Of a stretch of DNA of 20,784 bases, positions 1 to 7,426 are shown piece after piece. Made by a program: the position numbers and the translations under genes. Source of the DNA: a virus (Duplodnaviria > Heunggongvirae > Uroviricota > Caudoviricetes); IMG/VR virus record IMGVR_UViG_2585427760_000005; one strand, written 5' to 3'. Each line of letters opens with the position of its first letter. Position 1 is the first letter of the stretch. The notes under the pieces were generated by a model that ran no database searches, was not told the origin of the DNA, and was given only the letters and a program-made list of their open reading frames with translations.

Positions 1-245
1 CGGAAAATCGTGTTGAGGCCAACGCCCATAATGCGGGCGGTTGCCCGGCATCCAACGCCATTCATGGCCATATCAATGATTTTCTGGTGCGTACCGGGTT
101 GAGAAGCGGTGTAAGTGAACTGCAGTTGCCATGTTTTACGGCAGTGAGAGCAGAGATAGCGCTGATGTCCGGCAGTGCTTTTGCCGTTACGCACCACCCC
201 GTCAGTAGCTGAACAGGAGGGACAGCTGATAGAAACAGAAGCCAC
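1..245 (-). CDS. insA: IS1 InsA (transposition regulator), GTG start at 245-243, 3' end lies outside the window
   Basis: Minus-strand frame from the GTG at 243-245 reads (M)[22 protein letters not shown]...[11 protein letters not shown], the InsA sequence. The track ORF 62..274 is in a different frame and is not InsA. Confidence 0.8.
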   Translation of the reverse strand, partial: MASVSISCPSCSATDGVVRNGKSTAGHQRYLCSHCRKTWQLQFTYTASQPGTHQKIIDMAMNGVGCRATARIMGVGLNTIF

Positions 246-300
246 TGGAGCACCTCAAAAACACCATCATACACTAAATCAGTAAGTTGGCAGCATCACC
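1..300 (-). mobile_element. IS1 insertion sequence, left end (partial, truncated by window start); terminal inverted repeat ends at 300
   Basis: Reverse complement of 1-300 reads GGTGATGCTGCCAACTTACTGATTTAGTGTATGATGGTGTTTTTGAGGTGCTCCAGTGGCTTCTG..., which matches the IS1 left inverted repeat and insA region as I recall it, with one substitution noticed. Confidence 0.9.
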
Positions 301-526
301 AATTACGGGTGTTAGATTTGAAACGGCAGGATGTACGAAATGCTATAGCTGTAGCTGAAAATGCGGAAACGTTATTCAGTAGTGGGCTTGCCAATGACTA
401 TTAAGATCCTAAGATAAATTGAATATAAAATGGCCTTTTATAAATTGAAAGGCCAGAGTTATAAAGAATGTTTTTATATACTGATAAGCGGTTCCACTAG
501 TTAACTTAAATAAGTAGGTGATGGCT

Positions 527-2065
527 ATGAATTTAGGATTTTTTTTTGGTGCTGGTGCAGAAATTGGTTATGGTTTACCAAGTGGAGGCAAATTTGCCAT
601 TGATCTTTTTAGACAAGATCCAAGTCAGTATAAAACTGAGCTCCGCCAACAACTGCGATTAGTGGATTCACGCTCACCTTACGCCAATGATTGGCTACCT
701 CAGGGGTATGCTGATAAAAGCATTTATGCTTTTGGACGTAACGAGTTTTCCAGTATTATTGAATCATCTATCGAATATAAACGTGAAGAAATAATTCGCC
801 GTCTAAATCGTTTTGATCAAGAGTGTGATGATGCCCTATTAACTCTAGGAATTGATAAGGCCATATTAGAAAATTTATTTTCAGAGTTAACAGGACATGT
901 CATTGGTGAGCGTCTGTATACACATGATATTCGTCTTAACGAGTTACTAGCCAGAGATGTTAGGTTATTCGAGTCTGAATATTACTCTGCTATGTTGGAC
1001 GTAGTACGAGAATCAGATAACAATGATGATTTAAAAAGGTACGTCATATCATTTTTACAATTATTGGTCGGTGCACACGGACAATCTCTTGTTCAACGCC
1101 TAAACCAAGAGTTATTTGAGGCTGCACCGGATGATTTACCCATCTTCGATGATATTACCGGTATGTTCCGTCTGGAGTTTAATCGCATTGGTTCGACAGC
1201 TTTGGAACTATTGCTGGAAGAAAATAGAAATTTCAATATTGATGAGGATGCAACAGCTCTTACACTTTTCTGTGCTATAGCCCAAAAAGTATTAGAGAAT
1301 CTGTTCACTACAGTACTCGACTACCAGAAATTGATAGATGACCATTTCCGATATCTCTTCTCACCTTCCACAGAATGGGCTAAATTTACTCGGATGGTTA
1401 TTTTCCTCAAGATCGCACGCGATTATATTAGTTCCCAGGCACCATCTATCGAAGATCTTCCCGATCATGGCTATTATCATGACTTAGCTACATTTGATGG
1501 TGATCTAACAATTTCAGCCATTGGTACGGCTAATTATAACAGCCTTCTGGCAGAGGTTTTCCGTGGTATGAATATAGAATTACCACAAATTATTCACCTG
1601 AACGGCAGTGTACACGACTATTATAACCCTTATAAAAATGCGGTTATTACTTGTGAAAATCCAGATAACGTAGACCAACGTCAGATTCATGTTCCATTCA
1701 TGCTGACGCAAAGCGGTCTTAAGCCTTTAACATCAGTAACTATGTCAAGACGATACGTTAGTCTTTTTGATGCTTATGCTGAATCTGATGCTATTGTTGT
1801 TGTAGGTTTTGGATTTAATAAAGATGATAGCCATATTAATGGACTTTTCCGTGAACTGGTCGAAAATAAAGGACGGAAATTAATTCTTATTTCGAGGCGT
1901 GTGGATGGAAGTGTTGAAGAACAGAAACGGCGGTTGCGAAACAAACTGCGTATTTCGCATGAGTTTAACCATTTGCTAATAGTAATTCCAGTAGATGATC
2001 TCACAAGGTGTCAAGGTGACCGACTATGGTTAGAGCAAGTTGTTGATACTTTGAACGAGGGATAA
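527..2065 (+). CDS. Hypothetical 512-aa protein with SIR2-like (sirtuin-fold, NAD-binding) signature motifs; candidate single-gene defense NADase
   Basis: Long ORF. AGGTG Shine-Dalgarno at 515-519 favours the ATG at 527 over the track start at 518. N-terminal FFFGAGAEIGYGLPSG resembles the SIR2/ThsA GAGxS...G.P motif, and C-terminal VVVGFGFNKDDSHINGLF resembles the SIR2_2 G[FY]S[FL]xD motif. The gene is AT-rich compared with the prophage genes. Function is inferred from motifs only. Confidence 0.45.
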   Translation: MNLGFFFGAGAEIGYGLPSGGKFAIDLFRQDPSQYKTELRQQLRLVDSRSPYANDWLPQGYADKSIYAFGRNEFSSIIESSIEYKREEIIRRLNRFDQECDDALLTLGIDKAILENLFSELTGHVIGERLYTHDIRLNELLARDVRLFESEYYSAMLDVVRESDNNDDLKRYVISFLQLLVGAHGQSLVQRLNQELFEAAPDDLPIFDDITGMFRLEFNRIGSTALELLLEENRNFNIDEDATALTLFCAIAQKVLENLFTTVLDYQKLIDDHFRYLFSPSTEWAKFTRMVIFLKIARDYISSQAPSIEDLPDHGYYHDLATFDGDLTISAIGTANYNSLLAEVFRGMNIELPQIIHLNGSVHDYYNPYKNAVITCENPDNVDQRQIHVPFMLTQSGLKPLTSVTMSRRYVSLFDAYAESDAIVVVGFGFNKDDSHINGLFRELVENKGRKLILISRRVDGSVEEQKRRLRNKLRISHEFNHLLIVIPVDDLTRCQGDRLWLEQVVDTLNEG

Positions 2066-2116
2066 AGCAGCTGATGATGGTGCTATAACCATTATGGTTT
2101 CTATTAATACTCGCCA

Positions 2117-2139
2117 GCCCTTATCTCTCTGATAAGGGC
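2117..2139. terminator. Hairpin between convergent genes (9-bp stem GCCCTTATC/GATAAGGGC, 5-nt loop); putative bidirectional terminator
   Basis: Perfect inverted repeat lying between the 3' ends of the 527..2065 (+) and 2155..2778 (-) genes. No clear T-tract. Confidence 0.4.
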
Positions 2140-2154
2140 CCTAATTAATGCTAG

Positions 2155-2778
2155 TTAATTATTACTACACCCAAACGATCTATAACCGTCATCAAAGTTC
2201 TTGCTTTTCACTTTGGTGAGATAATCAATTCGATTCAGTAAATCGTCGGGATAAATATCATTAAGAATATCATCACGATTCAGGGTATATTTACCATTAG
2301 AAGGATACTGTACTAGGTGCTGTCCCTCTTCGGGAGTTATACTTAATGCGCTGCACCATGCCGAGGTGATCATAGTTCTTAACGTATCTTCATCAAGATT
2401 GAAATCCCCTAAGTGGTAGTAAGCATCCTTGTTCAGAAACAGAAATACGTGAAAATGACGCTTACCATTCTGGGTAAATTCCCTCACCCACGCATAGCGG
2501 AGCGTATTCGGGTGTACCCGTTTACCTTCTTTACGCTTGCGCTGTTCATCTGCTGCCAGTTTGGCTTTCAGTGAATTGGTAAATCTTGATATAGATCCTG
2601 AATCAGTATTAGCGATACAGGAAATAGTATCACCATTATCCAGCATAACCGGGTCATGCAGATCCACCCGTATTGCCAGTGTACGTCCGTGTTCTTTAAC
2701 AGATTTTGTAATAACATCGATAATCCTTTCTTTGTATGATTTAACATGACTGCCATACTCGCTATCGTAGATATTCAT
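2155..2778 (-). CDS. YagK/YfjJ-family protein (CP4-type prophage-island protein of unknown function)
   Basis: 207-aa ORF with a GGGGTG RBS 8 nt upstream. It sits downstream of the alpA/yfjI-like genes as in E. coli CP4-57, and its size matches YagK-like members. Family assignment is by synteny and recollection. Confidence 0.55.
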   Translation of the reverse strand: MNIYDSEYGSHVKSYKERIIDVITKSVKEHGRTLAIRVDLHDPVMLDNGDTISCIANTDSGSISRFTNSLKAKLAADEQRKRKEGKRVHPNTLRYAWVREFTQNGKRHFHVFLFLNKDAYYHLGDFNLDEDTLRTMITSAWCSALSITPEEGQHLVQYPSNGKYTLNRDDILNDIYPDDLLNRIDYLTKVKSKNFDDGYRSFGCSNN

Positions 2779-3002
2779 AATAATTCACCCCTCGATGGAT
2801 AACAGTCATCGCATTACTGGCTATGGCCTACTAGTGATATATATACAGGCATGGTTAATTGCAATATAATAACTATCCGACACTGAATTTTAGAAAAATA
2901 GTAGCCACAGCCTACGATGACTGATTGAAAGTTACTCTTTAATTAGTTGTAATGAAGATAGGTTAATAAAACAATTATTGCGTCCTATCTTTGTTCTGTT
3001 CG

Positions 3003-4415
3003 TTATATAAGAATATCAACAGGTTGTATGAAAATGGTTTTCCCTATCTTCTCCGCCCGTATTTTCTTTTGCGAATAAAGTGTACTGAGAAGCTCATTCG
3101 CTTTGCTCCGATTCCTGAACCGGTTCGGACCATATTGCAAGATGGTTGTCTTCCTGATATATGGCACCACACACCGGTAGCAATAATCTTTTATCCACGA
3201 ATAAAGTTCATCTGCTTCTGAACTAACCAACAGCAACGTCTGGGGTTTAGAGAAAATTCTCACATACTCATCCACATACCAGGCGCTTATCTCTACTGCG
3301 GCTTCTACGGCACTGAGGGGTATATCCCCTTCATCACCATTAAATTTATGCAGCAGAGCGGCAATCCTTGCCATATTTTCCGCCATTTTAGAGGCGTAAT
3401 CCTTAAAGCCAGACAGGAAGCCAATCAACCCCATTTCTGACTCGACCTTGTTATAAAATTCGATCCAGTTCTTTTCGGCTTCTGCAGAGAAACGTAGGCA
3501 CTGACGCGCATTTTCATCATTTCTGACAATGCTCTCGTTAACGATCTCCATCAATCGTTTATGAAATACCGGTAGATGCTCGCTTGATATAACCGGGCTG
3601 GTAATTTGTCTGTAACCCTGTGTTGAACTAGGCTGACACATCAAACACCGCGCGAAGAATCCGATCCCTTTCGCTGTATCGCCTTTACGCTCCAGATACC
3701 CTTTTTTGAACACATCAGGCTGAACCATCAACGACAGTGTCATTCTGGCGTCTTTGATTAATTTATCTGGCTCGCTTTTTCTTTCCACAGTAAACATTGC
3801 GCCATCCCACATTTTATTGATGAAAGGCAGTTCATTCAGCGCATAGCCGTTAAAAATGGTACCAGCTTCATCAGACATAAGCCCGATGGACCGCCAACAA
3901 CCACTGAGATAGTCTTTTATCGCCGCTGGTGTGGCATCATTGAATATCTGCCTGAACCTGACCGGTGCTTTCGGGTTCGCCGACAGCAGCGTTTTCAGCC
4001 GTTCATTCGTTGTGGAGTGATCTTTGTTACGGCGAATATCTGATTTCAGTTTTGATATCAGGGCTTTCTTTTCAATGTTAAAAGTCGTTTCCTCATTCCG
4101 CCAGATAATTAAATCTTGGGTATATTTTTCAAAGCATGCTTCTTCCAGTTGATACAATGGCTTCATTAGCAGTTTGTCCACCGTGCTTTTGCGTTCACCA
4201 GAATCCGCCAGTGTCAGTAAAAAAAGTGATACTGGGCTGCGCAGATTATTCAGTCGGCACACATCAATCCGGTTCTGGCAGGCAAGCGAAATAACCCCCA
4301 ACACCGATGCAGCAATCAAAGCCTGGGGTGCCTGCGTATGCTGTTCCACTTCATAAACCGCATTTCTGATGATCTGCGGGAAGACATGTACAGGGAAAGG
4401 ACGACCACACGACAT
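3003..4415 (-). CDS. yfjI: YfjI-like DUF3987-domain protein (primase/replication-associated protein of integrative islands)
   Basis: 470-aa ORF with a GAGAGG RBS, immediately downstream of alpA on the same strand. Size and position match E. coli YfjI (469 aa) of CP4-57. Confidence 0.65.
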   Translation of the reverse strand: MSCGRPFPVHVFPQIIRNAVYEVEQHTQAPQALIAASVLGVISLACQNRIDVCRLNNLRSPVSLFLLTLADSGERKSTVDKLLMKPLYQLEEACFEKYTQDLIIWRNEETTFNIEKKALISKLKSDIRRNKDHSTTNERLKTLLSANPKAPVRFRQIFNDATPAAIKDYLSGCWRSIGLMSDEAGTIFNGYALNELPFINKMWDGAMFTVERKSEPDKLIKDARMTLSLMVQPDVFKKGYLERKGDTAKGIGFFARCLMCQPSSTQGYRQITSPVISSEHLPVFHKRLMEIVNESIVRNDENARQCLRFSAEAEKNWIEFYNKVESEMGLIGFLSGFKDYASKMAENMARIAALLHKFNGDEGDIPLSAVEAAVEISAWYVDEYVRIFSKPQTLLLVSSEADELYSWIKDYCYRCVVPYIRKTTILQYGPNRFRNRSKANELLSTLYSQKKIRAEKIGKTIFIQPVDILI

Positions 4416-4545
4416 AGATACCTCTCATTCTATTAATTTAATAAATAATTCAGCGAAATGGCTATTCTGCTATTAATAGCGGAAATAGCAGGATGACTAC
4501 CGACAATCCGATGACAGCAATTGAGTATGAATTCATGTAGCATCC

Positions 4546-4758
4546 TCAAATAAGTTTGCTGCGTTGCGATAGCCATTCTTCAATCTCTGATTCAACCCAT
4601 CCAACAGATTTCACTCCGAGCATTCGCTTTTTGGGGAAGGAAGCATCGTAACGTGGTGATTTGGGGTTCAACCAATCGTAGATTGTTGCTCGTGCCATAC
4701 CAGTTTTTTGGATAACAGCAGGTAAGCGGAGTATCCTAACGGTTGATGGATTATTCAT
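4546..4758 (-). CDS. alpA: AlpA-family transcriptional regulator / excisionase-like small DNA-binding protein
   Basis: 70-aa product MNNPSTVRILRLPAVIQKTGMARATIYDWLNPKSPRYDASFPKKRMLGVKSVGWVESEIEEWL... is near-identical in pattern to E. coli AlpA (70 aa) as I recall it. AGAGG RBS upstream. Confidence 0.9.
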   Translation of the reverse strand: MNNPSTVRILRLPAVIQKTGMARATIYDWLNPKSPRYDASFPKKRMLGVKSVGWVESEIEEWLSQRSKLI

Positions 4759-4883
4759 GCTTGATTGCCTCTTATTAGTTCATTTTGGTTGTAGAAAGAT
4801 TAGCGGCAAGCATCAATGCAAAAAATCCGTGTACCAAAAAAACATTTTTTACAACACTTAACTAATTGATATTTGGTGTATTT

Positions 4884-5762
4884 ATGTTGTCAGCGATTGA
4901 GTTTTGCGAAGAAATTAGTCAAAAATCGGATTGGCTTGCTGGGCATATGGTCGAATGTGATTGGGACATATATGTTGATCTGCTCAGCGAAAGGTATCCC
5001 GTGATACAGAAGGAACTAAGCGAGATGCGAGATCAATTCTGGAATTCTGATAAGGTAGGAACACGTGTGATTTTGTACAGTGATCCATCTCGTAAGGAGT
5101 ATAAATATTGTACTGTTGACGGAGTGGAGCAATTAAAAGAAGAATATACAGAAGTATATGATCCAGCTCAGGAATGCTGGAAACAGTTAAAATCACGTAT
5201 TTTCAGGGAAACGTTTTGTCATCTTATTCAGGATGATTTTTTAATTAATGATGTGTTTAAGTCACATCTATTTTTTGCCTCAATGTCTTATCAATGGGCA
5301 AAATCAGTTATGTCGGAGAATGAATGTGTCGCTATTAAAGCGTTCATTAAGTCAGCTGAATTATTTGATAGATGTATTGGTATGTCATGGTTTCATGTTT
5401 CTGTATGTACCCAAAAAAAATTATCACATGTTAGAGCTAAGGCCGGAAAACAAGGTGGGAACAGTAAATCAGAAGTATATCGAATAATTCAAGATAAGCT
5501 TGTTTATTTGATCAATAACTCCGTACCTGAAGGTGGGTGGAAAAGTAAAGCAGCTGCGGTGAATGACCTCATTGACCCCTTATGGAAATTTGTCGAAGAG
5601 TCAAATTTTGAAATTAATAATCAAAGTAAAAAATATCGGATATCAACAATGAGCCCTGATGCATTGGCAGATACCATTATAAAAAACTGGTCAAGAAATA
5701 TTGAGAGTATCAAATTGGCTTTCGATAATACGGTTACTAGAAAAAAGAAAACCAAAGGGTAA
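4884..5762 (+). CDS. Hypothetical protein in the yfjH position (between integrase and alpA, divergent from alpA); possible island regulator
   Basis: ORF of about 293 aa from the ATG at 4884 (the track starts at a TTG at 4866). AT-rich with no recognisable motif. Position is equivalent to yfjH in CP4-57 and to the repressor slot of PICI-like islands. Confidence 0.5.
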   Translation: MLSAIEFCEEISQKSDWLAGHMVECDWDIYVDLLSERYPVIQKELSEMRDQFWNSDKVGTRVILYSDPSRKEYKYCTVDGVEQLKEEYTEVYDPAQECWKQLKSRIFRETFCHLIQDDFLINDVFKSHLFFASMSYQWAKSVMSENECVAIKAFIKSAELFDRCIGMSWFHVSVCTQKKLSHVRAKAGKQGGNSKSEVYRIIQDKLVYLINNSVPEGGWKSKAAAVNDLIDPLWKFVEESNFEINNQSKKYRISTMSPDALADTIIKNWSRNIESIKLAFDNTVTRKKKTKG

Positions 5763-5820
5763 AATTCCGTATTACCTATAGGTGAGTTATCAGCACCCAT
5801 AATGGGTGCTGATAAAGGAT

Positions 5821-7062
5821 TCATCCTACAAGACGTATTCCCCTAACCCCACTATTCACGATACTGCCGCTATCTGCTGCTTTAACAAAATCAGCCCACC
5901 ACTGCATCATCGGTCGTCGTTGCTCAAGATAGTCACTTCGATTGTAAGCGCGACGTACCTCATTCTTATCTACATGAGCAAGTGCAGCCTCAATAACATC
6001 AGGCGGAAATCCTTCCTCATTGAGTGCCGTACTGGCAATAGAACGTAAGCCGTGTGAAACGAGTACGCCTCCTAAACCAGCACGCTTAAGGGCTGCATTT
6101 ACTGTCTGGCTGTTCATCGGCTGGGTAGGCTTAATGCGACTGGGAAAGATAAATTCTCGACCACCGCTGAGAGACTTCATTATTTCCAGAATAGCGAGAG
6201 CTCCATCAGATAATGGAACCGTATGCTCCCGATTCATCTTCATTCGAGCAGCTGGAATTTTCCATTCGCTAGCATCGAAATCGATCTCATCCCATCGAGC
6301 CTCAGCAGCTTCGGCAGGGCGGGTGATGGTGAGAAGCTGCCACATGAACAGGCATCGTGTGGACAGGCTGATACTTGCCGTACGCATAGTCTGCATTAGC
6401 TGTGGAAGTTGACCTGGGTGGATGCTTGGCATGTTTTTCTTTTGCGGTTTCTCGAATGCTTTCCCGATGTTTACGCTGGGAACCGCATCAATCAGGCCTG
6501 TGTTCTGCGCATAAATCATGACTTCGTTAATACGCTGACAAAGGCGGCGGACTGTCTCTAATGCACCTCTGGCCTGAACCGGATGAACTGCTTTAACCAA
6601 AGTATGAGCCTTAATCTCAGTGACACTGATATCACCGATTGCCGGGAGAACATCCCTCTCAAGCGAGCGCCAGATATCGTCGGCATAGTCCTCTGTTACG
6701 CTGGCTTTCTTCACATTCCACCAACGCTCGGCAACTAACCGGAAAGTGTTGGTTTTGGCCTCTTGAGAATTTCTCACCTGTTCTTTCTGATGTTCCTGAG
6801 GATCAATGTCTTTCGCCAACAAAGCTCGAGATTCAGCTCTGAGTTTACGCGCATCAGAAAGGGAGACGGCTGGATAGGCTCCGAAGCTCTGCTTGGTTCG
6901 CTGCTTGGTCAGAGGTCGATAGTAACGGAACTGCCAGAGCTTACTACCGCTGGACTTGATTAGCAGAGTAAGCCCGTCACCATCATACAGCTGGTAATCG
7001 GCATCTTTAGGTTTGGCGGCTTTGATTTCCGTATCGGTTAACGGCTTGGTTTTTCTTGCCAT
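5821..7062 (-). CDS. intA: Tyrosine integrase, P4/CP4-57 IntA type (DUF4102 N-terminus plus phage-integrase catalytic domain)
   Basis: 413 aa from MARKTKPLTDTEIKAAKPKD, with a GGAG RBS about 8 nt upstream of the ATG at 7062. The C-terminal region has the R...HxxR...Y catalytic pattern (HGLRSIAST...AHVD...RRAY). Lies next to the ssrA att fragment as intA does in K-12. The track start at 7098 falls inside an upstream hairpin and is less likely. Confidence 0.85.
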   Translation of the reverse strand: MARKTKPLTDTEIKAAKPKDADYQLYDGDGLTLLIKSSGSKLWQFRYYRPLTKQRTKQSFGAYPAVSLSDARKLRAESRALLAKDIDPQEHQKEQVRNSQEAKTNTFRLVAERWWNVKKASVTEDYADDIWRSLERDVLPAIGDISVTEIKAHTLVKAVHPVQARGALETVRRLCQRINEVMIYAQNTGLIDAVPSVNIGKAFEKPQKKNMPSIHPGQLPQLMQTMRTASISLSTRCLFMWQLLTITRPAEAAEARWDEIDFDASEWKIPAARMKMNREHTVPLSDGALAILEIMKSLSGGREFIFPSRIKPTQPMNSQTVNAALKRAGLGGVLVSHGLRSIASTALNEEGFPPDVIEAALAHVDKNEVRRAYNRSDYLEQRRPMMQWWADFVKAADSGSIVNSGVRGIRLVG

Positions 7063-7185
7063 GGGGAGTCTCCATGCGTTTAGGCCCAACGAAAACAATA
7101 GAGCTTTTCGTTGGGCCTATCAATGGGCCTAAAAGGTTCGGATTTAATTAGTTCTCTTCGGACTTCGCGGGACAAATTCAGGGCA

Positions 7186-7219
7186 CAAAAAAGCCCGCAG
7201 GGCTTGCGCCGTGCGGGCT
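7186..7219 (-). terminator. Rho-independent terminator downstream of the ssrA 3' end (8-bp GC-rich stem plus T-tract on the minus strand)
   Basis: Stem AGCCCGCA (7192-7199) pairs with TGCGGGCT (7212-7219). On the minus strand it is followed by TTTTT (complement of 7186-7191). Confidence 0.6.
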
Positions 7220-7265
7220 CTTAGGACTTCATCGGATGACTCTGGTAATCACCGATGGAGAATTT

Positions 7266-7310
7266 TGGTGGAGCTGGCGGGAGTTGAACCCGCGTCCGAA
7301 ATTCCTACAT
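7266..7310 (-). other. ssrA: 45-bp fragment identical to the 3' end of ssrA (tmRNA); attachment-site core duplicate, not a complete tmRNA gene
   Basis: Minus-strand sequence ATGTAGGAATTTCGGACGCGGGTTCAACTCCCGCCAGCTCCACCA matches the tmRNA 3' end (T-arm and CCA). Sequence 5' of it (beyond 7310) has no tmRNA similarity. Confidence 0.8.
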
Positions 7311-7426
7311 ACCATTTTTATACTAATAAAAGCATACATTTACTTTTAAAATCATCACCTTATTGTTTTTTGTGTTTGTCGGGTTTTATGTGATTTTAAG
7401 TCCTTGCCGCCAAAATGCCGCCATTA

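Noticed and set aside
62-274. Track ORF (70 aa, minus strand) inside the IS1 end
   Set aside because: It is in a different frame from the known InsA reading frame, which starts at the GTG at 243-245 and translates to the recognisable InsA sequence. The track ORF is a frame artefact.
1093-2004. Antisense ORFs within the SIR2-like gene (1093..1308, 1774..2004) and similar embedded ORFs within other long genes (2537..2756, 4174..4356, 4984..5487, 6020..6963, 8273..9438, 13005..13484, 14152..14515)
   Set aside because: Embedded in or antisense to longer ORFs with better start contexts. No motifs and no RBS. Treated as noise.
7211-7393. Track ORF (60 aa, + strand) spanning the ssrA fragment
   Set aside because: It runs antisense across the tmRNA 3'-end fragment and the att junction, with no RBS. 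Chance ORF.
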